From contig JAJOJF010000036.1 in the NCBI GenBank assembly GCA_021208885.1, forward strand, positions 13,197-77,196: DNA of 64,000 nt, read 5' to 3'. The notes under the pieces were generated by a model. That model searched no databases and was not told the DNA's origin. It was given only the letters and a program-made list of their open reading frames with translations. The DNA comes from Burkholderiaceae bacterium. GTDB lineage: Bacteria; Pseudomonadota; Gammaproteobacteria; Burkholderiales; Burkholderiaceae_B. This document shows positions 11,948 through 20,865 of this stretch, piece after piece. How positions within the stretch are numbered: the stretch's first letter is position 1; each line of letters opens with the position of its first letter. Position numbers and translations under genes: made by a program.

Positions 11948-12865
11948 TCATGCGCTTAGCAACGTCTCGTGTTGTGTCTGAATGGCGTTAATTAGATTGC
12001 GAGCAAAGGCTAGCTGAGGCTGAGGTTGCGGCTTGTTCGGGTTGTGAACGTAGACAATCTCGCGCTTCAGTGGTTGATCGACAACCCTATGTGTCCTCAA
12101 ATAGATGGAGGCACGGGTTTTTAGATGATCGACGACGCTTATCGGAAAAAACCCCAAATACTGCTCTTGACTGACTAAAATGGCTTGAGTGAGCACTGAA
12201 TCGACCTCGATGGCCGGAACCAACGTGTGACCGAGTTTACGGGCAAATCGCTCGAGCAACACGCGCAGGTCGTGGTGCCGGGTCGGCACAATCATGGGAC
12301 GGTGCAATAGGTCATTGAACTCTATGAAGTTGGGCAATGGCTGCTGGCAAAGTACGGAGGATACGACAACGATCTCCTCGCTTAGTACCAGTTCCAATGG
12401 CATGCTGCAATCGTCTTTCGGACAGTTGATGAAAGCGAAGTCCAGTTCATCGCGGATCACACTGTCGTACAACATGCCAGACAGACCTTCTGTCACGGAA
12501 ACGCTGACATTAGGATGTTCGGTTTTGAACTGCGCCAGCATCCTGGGCAAGATATTGTGGTCAATGCTCGAAATCACTCCTAAGCGCAGATAACCTTGCA
12601 TTTCGCTGTTATCTTGTTTGAAGCGAGCTTTTGCGTGGCCGAACGCCGACACTAATGGCGAGAACACGCTGTACATCTCATCGGCTGCTGGCGTTGACTC
12701 CATTCCCCTTGGTGTGCGAGAAAAGAGTTTTCTGCCAACTTGATTCTCCAGCCGGTTGATTTGCATGCTTAGCGCTGGTTGAACGATATTGAGGCGTTTT
12801 GCTGCCTTGGTGACCGATTTCTCTTCATAAAGACAGATGAAATACTGGATTTGCCGCAGATCCAT
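11948..12865 (-). CDS. LysR-type transcriptional regulator
   Basis: MDLRQIQYF...SVTKAAKRLNIVQPALSMQINRLE HTH plus LysR substrate-binding domain. Confidence 0.94.
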   Translation of the reverse strand: MDLRQIQYFICLYEEKSVTKAAKRLNIVQPALSMQINRLENQVGRKLFSRTPRGMESTPAADEMYSVFSPLVSAFGHAKARFKQDNSEMQGYLRLGVISSIDHNILPRMLAQFKTEHPNVSVSVTEGLSGMLYDSVIRDELDFAFINCPKDDCSMPLELVLSEEIVVVSSVLCQQPLPNFIEFNDLLHRPMIVPTRHHDLRVLLERFARKLGHTLVPAIEVDSVLTQAILVSQEQYLGFFPISVVDHLKTRASIYLRTHRVVDQPLKREIVYVHNPNKPQPQPQLAFARNLINAIQTQHETLLSA

Positions 12866-12900
12866 TGTTATCGTGTGATTCAAGACTTGGAAACTTGAAT

Positions 12901-12921
12901 GGTATCAAATATTTTGATACC
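12901..12921. promoter_or_regulatory. Perfect inverted repeat GGTATCAAA-TAT-TTTGATACC, probable LysR recognition site
   Basis: 9-3-9 palindrome containing ATC-N9-GAT (T-N11-A) about 35 bp upstream of the LysR start, followed by an AT-rich tract. Confidence 0.7.
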
Positions 12922-13048
12922 TATAATTAGAAATAATTAGTAGACATAATAGTATTGAGATTTTTAGTATTGACGTACAAAAATGAGATAGCAAATCGGT
13001 TTAGCCGGTTTGTCTCCACCGGCAGCCTAAAGATCCCAGGGGGGAAAT

Positions 13049-13366
13049 ATGATCAGCGAAAGATTGAAAGTCGCGCGCCTACGCGTTGGTTTGTCTCAAG
13101 AAAAACTTGGTAAGCTAGCAGGTATTGACCCAACGTCGGCGAGCGCTCGGATGAACCAGTACGAGCGTGGCAAGCACTCACCAGACTACCGGCTGATGTG
13201 CAAAGTCGCGGAAATTCTGAACATGCCGGTTAGTTGGTTCTACACGCAAGACGATGATATGGCGCGCTTGCAGGAGATTTTCTTTAACTTGCCGTCTGAC
13301 GCACGACGCGATTTACTCGCACACGCTGAGGCGGTTGGGCAGCATTCGCTAGGCGCAGTTGCCTAA
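13049..13366 (+). CDS. XRE-family helix-turn-helix regulator
   Basis: RLKVARLRVGLSQEKLGKLAGID...SASARMNQYERGKHSPD; G-rich SD upstream. Confidence 0.92.
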   Translation: MISERLKVARLRVGLSQEKLGKLAGIDPTSASARMNQYERGKHSPDYRLMCKVAEILNMPVSWFYTQDDDMARLQEIFFNLPSDARRDLLAHAEAVGQHSLGAVA

Positions 13367-13414
13367 CTGAATTGCCCGTGCGTGCAGGGGCGGCGCAATC
13401 GGTAGGGATTAGGG

Positions 13415-14182
13415 ATGCAACGCTCTGAATTGGAATGCTGGTTGGCTAAAACGCTACAGCCTTTTCGTTTTACCGACTACTGCCCAAACGGACTGCAAGT
13501 TGAGGGCACACCAGAGATAAACAAACTCATCACTGGAGTGACAGCTAGCCAAGCGTTACTTGACCGTGCAGTCAGCGAGGGTGCTGATGCCGTTTTGGTT
13601 CACCATGGCTGGTTTTGGCGCGGTGAAGATTCGACCATCCGGGGCACACGCAAGCAGCGTATCGCTACTGCGTTGGCGAACGATCTGAACGTTTTTGCGT
13701 ATCACCTGCCACTCGATGCTCATGTGACATATGGCAACAACGCGCAGCTAGCCCGAGTAATTGGCCTAGAGCCAGAGCTTGACACCCAAGGTGTTCCGGT
13801 TACCGGCGGGCCCAAGGATTTGATCTGGTTTGGAGTCCCTAAAAAGCCTGTATCACTTGGGGAGTTCGTGCAGAGCATTGCCCATGCATTAAGTCGCCAG
13901 CCAGTCTTCGTTGGTGATCTGCACGGTCCGTGCAACCGAGTAGCCTGGTGCACGGGTGGTGCGCAAGGCATGTTCGAAGCAGCCATTGAAGCCGGAGTCG
14001 ATGCTTATATCACTGGCGAGATTTCAGAACCAAATGCACATTTGGCTCGAGAGAGTGGTGTTGCCTTTATCGCCGCCGGTCACCATGCCACCGAGCGCTA
14101 TGGTGTTAAAGCGCTCGGTGAGGCAATCGCCAAAGAGTTTGGCGTCGAAGTGTTGTTTTTTGACATCGACAATCCGGCCTAG
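13415..14182 (+). CDS. Nif3-like dinuclear metal centre protein (YbgI family)
   Basis: DYCPNGLQVEG, VHHG, YHLPLDAH, GHHATERYG. Confidence 0.95.
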   Translation: MQRSELECWLAKTLQPFRFTDYCPNGLQVEGTPEINKLITGVTASQALLDRAVSEGADAVLVHHGWFWRGEDSTIRGTRKQRIATALANDLNVFAYHLPLDAHVTYGNNAQLARVIGLEPELDTQGVPVTGGPKDLIWFGVPKKPVSLGEFVQSIAHALSRQPVFVGDLHGPCNRVAWCTGGAQGMFEAAIEAGVDAYITGEISEPNAHLARESGVAFIAAGHHATERYGVKALGEAIAKEFGVEVLFFDIDNPA

Positions 14183-14187
14183 TCGTG

Positions 14188-14646
14188 TCAGTTTTGCTGT
14201 TTTTTCAGTAAATCTCTGATTTCTGTCAAAAGAACGACGTCTTGTGGTGTGGGTGCTGGTGCGGCCTCCTGCTCCTTCTCAAAGCGTGCGCGAGCGGTGC
14301 TGACAGCCTTAACCATCCAGAAGATAACAAAGGCCAACAAAATGAAATTCAGCAGTATTGTCAGGAAGTTTCCCCAAGCAAAAAGTGTCGCACCAGCAGC
14401 ACTCAGCTCTGCATATGTTTCAGGGCCTGTGTAGTCGGCAGGCTTTGATAAGACGATGAACTTATTGGAAAAATCTGCTGACCCACCCACTAGAAAGTTG
14501 ATGATCGGCATGACAATATCCTTTACCATCGAATCGACAATCTTGGAAAAAGCCGCGCCGATGATAATGCCGACCGCGAGGTCGATAACGTTGCCGCGCA
14601 TGGCGAACGATTTAAATTCCGACAAGATTCCTTTTACCGAAGCCAC
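14188..14646 (-). CDS. mscL: Large-conductance mechanosensitive channel
   Basis: [31 protein letters not shown]; GTG start with AGGAG SD. Confidence 0.97.
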   Translation of the reverse strand: MASVKGILSEFKSFAMRGNVIDLAVGIIIGAAFSKIVDSMVKDIVMPIINFLVGGSADFSNKFIVLSKPADYTGPETYAELSAAGATLFAWGNFLTILLNFILLAFVIFWMVKAVSTARARFEKEQEAAPAPTPQDVVLLTEIRDLLKKQQN

Positions 14647-14763
14647 GTTTGTTCTCCTTGATAGTGGTCAATTGATGGGCCAACACGGCGGTATAATATT
14701 GGACGATCATAAGTTTGTGTCATTAGATTCCGATTTTGGGAAATCACAACCAAGGATTATGTG

Positions 14764-15408
14764 ATGAGTCAGGATTCAACGGTTAACCAAGACGCTGAGG
14801 GTTCCGCACCACTGGAGCTACCTAGCGATCCACAGCGCCGCTTCTGGATTGGCGCGACCTGTGCCGCCGGCGGTGTTGCTGGTGCTGCAGTTGCTGTTCC
14901 CTTCGTAGGCAGCTTTGCGCCTTCTGAAAAAGCCCGTGCGGCCGGTGCGCCTGTTGAGGTCGACATCAGCACGATTCCTCCCGGTCAAATGCGCACTTAC
15001 GAGTGGCGCGGCAAGCCAGTTTGGGTGATTCATCGCACGCCAGAGATGCTCGAAGGCCTGTCAAAGGTTAATGCTGATTTGGCTGATCCTAACTCTGATC
15101 GTCCGGGCTACACACCGCCCTACGCCAAAAACGAATGGCGCTCGCGCAAGCCTGAGCTTTGGGTCGGTGTTGCTATTTGCACGCATTTGGGCTGTTCTCC
15201 AACGCCGCGTTTCGAGCCGGGTGCGCAGCCGAGCCTGCCCGATGACTGGCAAGGCGGCAGTTTGTGCCCTTGTCATGGCTCCTGGTTCGACATGGCCGGC
15301 CGCGTCTACAAGAACAAGCCAGCACCAGACAACCTAGAAGTGCCGCCCTATCAGTACATCAGTGACTCCCGGATTGTGATTGGAGTTGACGAGGATAATC
15401 CGGCCTAA
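14764..15408 (+). CDS. petA: Cytochrome bc1 Rieske Fe-S subunit
   Basis: Tat-like RRFW leader; CTHLGC and CPCHGS. Confidence 0.97.
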   Translation: MSQDSTVNQDAEGSAPLELPSDPQRRFWIGATCAAGGVAGAAVAVPFVGSFAPSEKARAAGAPVEVDISTIPPGQMRTYEWRGKPVWVIHRTPEMLEGLSKVNADLADPNSDRPGYTPPYAKNEWRSRKPELWVGVAICTHLGCSPTPRFEPGAQPSLPDDWQGGSLCPCHGSWFDMAGRVYKNKPAPDNLEVPPYQYISDSRIVIGVDEDNPA

Positions 15409-15466
15409 ACGTTTCAGGCTGGGGCTGTTTGTTGATATTGGATTGAAAGACTGAAAGGAGCCGTTT

Positions 15467-16846
15467 ATGGCTGGCGAGAAAAACGTCGAAACAACGGGTT
15501 TGCTGGGGTGGATTGACCGCCGCTTCCCGCTGACATCGATGGTCAAGGAGCATTTGTCTGAGTACTACGCTCCCAAGAATTTCAACTTCTGGTACTTCTT
15601 TGGCTCACTTGCGATGCTGGTGTTGGTTATCCAGATCGTGACGGGTATTTTTCTGGTGATGCATTACAAGCCAGATGCTCAACTTGCATTTGATTCGGTT
15701 GAGTACATCATGCGCGAAGTGCCAGGTGGCTGGTTCATTCGCTACATGCACTCCACGGGCGCCTCGATGTTCTTTGTCGTGGTCTACCTGCACATGACAC
15801 GAGCGTTGATTTACGGTTCGTATCGCAAACCGCGCGAGCTGGTTTGGATCTTCGGTGTTGGCATCTTCCTGGCACTAATGGCAGAAGCTTTCATGGGTTA
15901 TCTACTGCCTTGGGGTCAGATGTCATACTGGGGTGCACAGGTGATTGTGAACCTGTTTGCTGCGGTGCCTTTTGTTGGACCTGAACTTGCTGTCTGGATC
16001 CGTGGCGACTACGTGGTGTCAGATGCCACCTTGAATCGTTTCTTCTCGCTGCATGTGATTGCGATCCCGCTGGTTTTGTTGGGCTTGGTTGTTGCCCACA
16101 TCATCGCCCTGCACGAAGTGGGTTCGAACAATCCGGATGGTATTGAAATCAAAGAGAAGAAGGACAAGTATGGCCGTCCGCTCGATGGCATTCCCTTCCA
16201 TCCGTACTACACCGTACATGACATTCTCGGTGTTGCCGGTTTCTTGATTGTGTTCATGGCGGTTGTGTTTTTCGCGCCAGAGATGGGCGGCTACTTCCTG
16301 GAGTTCAACAACTTCCTGCCTGCTGACCCGTTGAAGACGCCACCGCACATTGCACCGGTTTGGTATTTCACGCCGTTTTATTCGATGTTGAGAGCGACGA
16401 CTGATCCGTTTACTTGGGTCTTGGCTGCTGGCTCGGTTATTGCTGCGCTGGTCATGTTTTTCAAGTGCAAGGGTGCCGCCAAGCTTATCGTCCCGGTGGT
16501 GTTGATTGTGTTGGCCGTGTTGCTGCGCATGATCGATGCCAAGTTCTGGGGCGTCGTAGTCATGGGTGGCGCCGTGGTGTTGCTGTTCTTCCTGCCCTGG
16601 TTGGACTATAGCCCCGTCAAATCCATTCGCTATCGTCCGGGTTGGCACAAGTGGATTTACGGCATTTTCTTCGTGAACTTTCTGATCCTCGGTTATCTCG
16701 GCACGCAGGCGCCATCAGATGTCTTTAACCTGATGTCGCAAATTGGTACGGTGATCTACCTGGCGTTTTTCTTCCTAATGCCGGTGTGGAGTCGTCTGGG
16801 CACCTTCAAGCCAGTGCCTGATCGTGTTGTTTTCCATGCCCATTGA
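15467..16846 (+). CDS. petB: Cytochrome b
   Basis: RYMHSTGAS, LPWGQMSYWG, RFFSLH, PVWYF. Confidence 0.97.
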   Translation: MAGEKNVETTGLLGWIDRRFPLTSMVKEHLSEYYAPKNFNFWYFFGSLAMLVLVIQIVTGIFLVMHYKPDAQLAFDSVEYIMREVPGGWFIRYMHSTGASMFFVVVYLHMTRALIYGSYRKPRELVWIFGVGIFLALMAEAFMGYLLPWGQMSYWGAQVIVNLFAAVPFVGPELAVWIRGDYVVSDATLNRFFSLHVIAIPLVLLGLVVAHIIALHEVGSNNPDGIEIKEKKDKYGRPLDGIPFHPYYTVHDILGVAGFLIVFMAVVFFAPEMGGYFLEFNNFLPADPLKTPPHIAPVWYFTPFYSMLRATTDPFTWVLAAGSVIAALVMFFKCKGAAKLIVPVVLIVLAVLLRMIDAKFWGVVVMGGAVVLLFFLPWLDYSPVKSIRYRPGWHKWIYGIFFVNFLILGYLGTQAPSDVFNLMSQIGTVIYLAFFFLMPVWSRLGTFKPVPDRVVFHAH

Positions 16847-16862
16847 GCCAGAGAGAGACGTG

Positions 16863-17714
16863 ATGAAATTGATGAATAAGCTCCTTGGTGCCATTGTTGT
16901 CTCGCTGTCCTGTTCCGTTGCCCTGGCAGCAGGCAGCTCCTATCCGTTGGATACCGCACCAGCCAAACTGAATGATCAGGCCGCCCTGCAAAATGGTGCC
17001 AAGATCTTTGTGAATCACTGCTTGAATTGTCACAGCGCCAAGTCGTTGCGTTACAACAAGTTGCGCGACATTGGTTTGACCGACGAGCAGATCAAGGAAA
17101 GCCTGTTGTTCACTGGCGAGAAGGTTGGTGAACTGATGACAATCGCCATGACGGCTCAGGACGGAACACGTTGGTTTGGTGCTGCACCGCCGGATTTGTC
17201 CGTGATTGCGCGAGCCAAGTCGATCAACGCGGGCCCCCCCGGTGGCGACTACATCTACACATACATGCGCACCTTTTATCGTGACACCACCAATGCGACA
17301 GGTTGGAATAACCTTGCATTCCCGAATGCTGGCATGCCGCATGTGTTGTGGGACCAACAAGGACCGCGTGAGCTGACCTCGACTTTGATCCATCAAGTTG
17401 AAAAAGATGGCAAAAAGGTTTGGGAACAGATCACCAAGCAGTACGATGCTCAGGGTTACTGGACAGCCAAGGCTGAAATTCTCGACAATTACACGGGATC
17501 CGGTGGTGAAACCCATACCTTTAAGGCACTTGACCCTAAAAAAGCTGCTCAGTACGACAAAGATATGGGTGATTTGGCGGCATTCATGACATGGATGGCC
17601 GAACCAGTTCAGCTTGAGCGCAAGAAGATTGGCGTTTGGGTGCTGATTTTCTTGGGGCTGTTTTTTGTAGTGGCCTGGCGCCTTAACGCGACATACTGGA
17701 AACACGTCCGGTAA
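16863..17714 (+). CDS. petC: Cytochrome c1
   Basis: Signal peptide, CLNCH haem motif, PPDLS, GMPH, C-terminal TM anchor. Confidence 0.96.
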   Translation: MKLMNKLLGAIVVSLSCSVALAAGSSYPLDTAPAKLNDQAALQNGAKIFVNHCLNCHSAKSLRYNKLRDIGLTDEQIKESLLFTGEKVGELMTIAMTAQDGTRWFGAAPPDLSVIARAKSINAGPPGGDYIYTYMRTFYRDTTNATGWNNLAFPNAGMPHVLWDQQGPRELTSTLIHQVEKDGKKVWEQITKQYDAQGYWTAKAEILDNYTGSGGETHTFKALDPKKAAQYDKDMGDLAAFMTWMAEPVQLERKKIGVWVLIFLGLFFVVAWRLNATYWKHVR

Positions 17715-17729
17715 AATACGGTACTCTGG

Positions 17730-17765
17730 GCCAGCACCTGCCTTCAGGCTGGTGCTGGCTTTTGT
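17730..17765 (+). terminator. Rho-independent terminator after petC
   Basis: GCCAGCACC...GGTGCTGGC stem followed by a T-tract. Confidence 0.8.
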
Positions 17766-17811
17766 TATTTAGTTCATTATTTAATTTTCTGATTCAGGAC
17801 GGTACCTCACG

Positions 17812-18423
17812 ATGATGGTCCTTTACTCCGGCACGACCTGCCCGTTTTCGCACCGCTGCCGCTTTGCCCTCTATGAAAAAGACATGGACTTCGAGGTGCA
17901 GGACATTGACCTGTACAACAAGCCTGAAGACATCAGTGTCATGAATCCCTACGGCCAGGTGCCGATTCTGGTTGAGCGTGACCTTATTCTGTACGAATCA
18001 AACATCATCAATGAGTACATTGATGAGCGCTTCCCACATCCTCAACTGATGCCAGCTGACCCGGTGATGCGCGCCCGGACCCGTTTGTTCTTGTTTAACT
18101 TTGAGAAAGAGTTGTTTGTTCATGTGGCCTTGCTCGAGGACAGAACAGCCCGTGCCGAGACCAAGCGTCTGGATGCGGCTCGTGCCGCAATCCGGGACCG
18201 CCTGTCTCAGCTGGCACCGTTGCTGATCAAGAATAAATACATGCTCGGCGATGAGTTCACAATGCTTGATGTTGCGATGGCTCCGCTGCTCTGGCGTTTG
18301 GATCACTACGGTATCGAGTTGCCTAAAACGGCCGCCCCGATTCAGAAGTACGGTGAGCGAATTTTCTCGCGCCCCGCTTACATCGAGGCGCTGACTCCCT
18401 CAGAAAAAGTCATGCGTCGTTAA
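17812..18423 (+). CDS. sspA: Stringent starvation protein A (GST fold)
   Basis: LYSGTTCPFSHR, NPYGQVP, EYIDERFPHP; follows petC. Confidence 0.95.
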   Translation: MMVLYSGTTCPFSHRCRFALYEKDMDFEVQDIDLYNKPEDISVMNPYGQVPILVERDLILYESNIINEYIDERFPHPQLMPADPVMRARTRLFLFNFEKELFVHVALLEDRTARAETKRLDAARAAIRDRLSQLAPLLIKNKYMLGDEFTMLDVAMAPLLWRLDHYGIELPKTAAPIQKYGERIFSRPAYIEALTPSEKVMRR

Positions 18424-18438
18424 AGCAAGGTATCGGTG

Positions 18439-18879
18439 ATGGCAGAAACGTCAACCAAACCTTATTTCCTGCGCGCACTCTACGAGTGGGCAACTGATAA
18501 TGGTTACACCCCTCACATCGTGGTGCAAGTCAACGATCTTTGTCGTGTACCGGCTGGATTCGTTCAGGATGGTCAGATCACGCTGAATATTAGCCATCTA
18601 GCCACGGGTGGATTGGTGATTGGAAATCAGTTCATCGAGTTTCAGGCCCGCTTTGGTGGTAAGTCAGAGCATATCTCAGTGCCTGTGGGTGCGGTCACAG
18701 CGATTTACGCCCGTGAGACTGGCACGGGAATGGGTTTCGAGGTGGAAGACACGCCATTGCCTGACCCAGGGACTGCCAATGACGCCAAGGATGAAGCCAT
18801 TTCCCGAGCGACTGGTCCTGAAGCGGATACTGGATCGGAAGACAAGCCTAAGCGTCCGAGCCTGCGGATTGTGAAGTAG
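18439..18879 (+). CDS. sspB: ClpXP adaptor SspB
   Basis: KPYFLRALYEW, ARFGG, AIYARETG, C-terminal RPSLRIVK. Confidence 0.95.
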   Translation: MAETSTKPYFLRALYEWATDNGYTPHIVVQVNDLCRVPAGFVQDGQITLNISHLATGGLVIGNQFIEFQARFGGKSEHISVPVGAVTAIYARETGTGMGFEVEDTPLPDPGTANDAKDEAISRATGPEADTGSEDKPKRPSLRIVK

Positions 18880-18891
18880 CGCAGGCTCGAT

Positions 18892-18920
18892 TTAGCTAAA
18901 TCCGAATAATCTTTTACAAT
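18892..18920 (+). promoter_or_regulatory. Putative sigma70 promoter of tRNA-Thr
   Basis: TTAGCT-17 nt-TACAAT followed by a GC-rich discriminator-like ACGGGCGC. Confidence 0.5.
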
Positions 18921-18952
18921 ACGGGCGCTTAATTCTGAGAAGCGACTCAAAT

Positions 18953-19028
18953 GCCGGTGTAGCTCAGTTGGTAGAGCAGCGCACTTGTAATGCGAAGGTC
19001 GAGGGTTCAATTCCTTTCACCGGCACCA
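18953..19028 (+). tRNA. tRNA-Thr (anticodon UGU)
   Basis: 76 nt GCCGGTG...CACCGGC-ACCA; D-arm AGCTCAGTTGGTAGAGC, anticodon loop CT-TGT-AA, T-loop GTTCAATTC. Confidence 0.97.
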
Positions 19029-19794
19029 ACTATTTCAGGTCCATTCTCGAGGCATTGGCAACAACCCGTTTCTAAGACACAGGCGACAATCTCGAGCCGG
19101 TTGTCGATGGGTTGCAAACTCTTCTGTCCCAGTTGATTTAACCTGAAGTTTGTCGGCTGCCTACTGCTTTACCGTATCAGCTCGTCACATCGTATTTGCT
19201 GGTGGTGGCCCTGGTGTGAGTTGACGACGCCAGGAGTGGCCAGCGTTGAAACCAATAAACTGACCACACAAGCCCCATCTGTAAATTTATGGCGGACGAG
19301 ATTGCACGCAACACACAACGAGTTGCACGTAAGGCCAAAGTCCGCCAAGCCATGCAATACAGTTGAGAGACAAGTTACGGATCGAGTTTTCAGAATGAAT
19401 CATGTGTAATACAACTATCGATCTTTTGAGTCATAAAAGTTACAAATGAGGCCGCCATTTGGTCCGATCCTATCGTTTGAGGCAGCGGCAGCGCCAGAGA
19501 AGGTTGGGGCTGACATGCCCATAGCCAGGCCATGCCGTCGCGAATTGGAGCAGCTGGCTGCAGCCCGTGCCGATGTGTCACGCAGCACATGGTGATGCCT
19601 AGAGGCTGGGGATAGCACTGTTTCGGCAGGGCCGATCTGTCTGTCGTTTTGGGCCAGTTCGCGTTTTAGATCGCGATTTTTGTCGTAAATTATCTCGATA
19701 CTCGACAGGCAATTATTGAACGCTGTACGCAACTACGCAGTATGGGCCAGTACGCAAACGACGAAACCGTGGATTAGATCGTGAAACTGCATCA

Positions 19795-20626
19795 GTGTCC
19801 CGCATTATTTGCATAAACCCTCTTGCTTGCAACCATCTTTACCTTGATTGGATGTGCGAGCAAAGAACAAATAATTGTCCCTGTATCCAGTGAACCGAAT
19901 TTCGGATCCTTTCCAGGCAAGCATGGCGCTATTTCCTCCGTACCGGTGCACATAACGGCCAGCAAGAATGCGGAGAAATCGGCCAGCGTCGTGATCGTTC
20001 ATGGCTGCAATGGACCAAATGGTGCTAGCTACAGGGACTGGGCCGATTTTTTGGCGGACAAAGGAATTACCGCAATTCAAGTGGATCTCTTTGAAGAGCG
20101 AGGTTTAACAAATATCTGTGCTGACGGGCTCGAAATTAGCTTAACCACACGCTCCTCAGTCAGGGACCTTGAGTCCATAGCCCAATGGGCCAAGAGGCAG
20201 TCATGGAGTAACGGCAAGGTTGGCGTAATAGGATTTTCCCTGGGGGCCCAAAGCGTTCTCTCGGCAGTGTCACTTGGCATAAGCGATCCAGTGCGCATGA
20301 GTAACTTCAGCGCGGCCGTCGCCTTCTACCCAGACTGCAGACATTACGCGAGCCGGAGATTGCTTGTTCCACTTCAGGTACATATTGGCAAAGAAGATGA
20401 CTGGACACCGGCCGAACAATGCGAAGTGCTTGCTACGTTTTGGGGGCAGAGTACTGAGCCCTTCAGTGTCAGCCTATACGATGATGCGCATCATGGCTTC
20501 GATCAATTTGGCTTGAACTCAAAGTTTCGGTGTCCCAGAGGGCAGTGTACTGGTCGATATAACGCCAATGCTGATCTGGAGGCTCGAGCCAAGACAGTGG
20601 ATTTCTTTCAGCGTTACTTGGACTAG
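19795..20626 (+). CDS. Dienelactone hydrolase-family alpha/beta hydrolase, probable lipoprotein (apparent +1 A near 19815)
   Basis: VHGCNG, GFSLG nucleophile, AFYP, EDDWT, HHGFD; ORF track starts at 19823, but removing one A gives MSRIICITLLLATIFTLIG-C from GTG 19795. Confidence 0.8.
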
Positions 20627-20865
20627 AGCCACAGATCAGGCCCCCTTTAAGCGTGCATTAGCGCCGAATAAACGGCCTTACAAACGATCGTGCTGGTGAT
20701 TGCGGGTTTGTGTACGATGATCCACCGCAACAAGGGCTGAGTTTAGGAATGATTTGTTCTGTCAGCAATTCGCGGGGTGAAACATTGGCGGCTTTGCACG
20801 AGCTTTCATTTGCACTTGACCGCGCTACCCGCTAATCTCATGGCATCTTGTGAGGAAACGCGCCC

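Noticed and set aside
16019-17705. Long antisense ORFs (209 aa and 299 aa) opposite petB/petC
   Set aside because: Shadow frames of strongly codon-biased genes; no recognisable motifs
19290-19305. Sigma54-like TGGC...TTGC
   Set aside because: GG-to-GC spacing is 11 nt, not the required 10
19415-19732. 105-aa minus-strand ORF after the tRNA
   Set aside because: TTG start, no SD, no recognisable domain; treated as spurious or decayed
20654-20668. 12-mer TGCATTAGCGCC shared with the 43.4-kb spacer
   Set aside because: Many 12-mer matches are expected by chance in 64 kb, and the similarity does not extend
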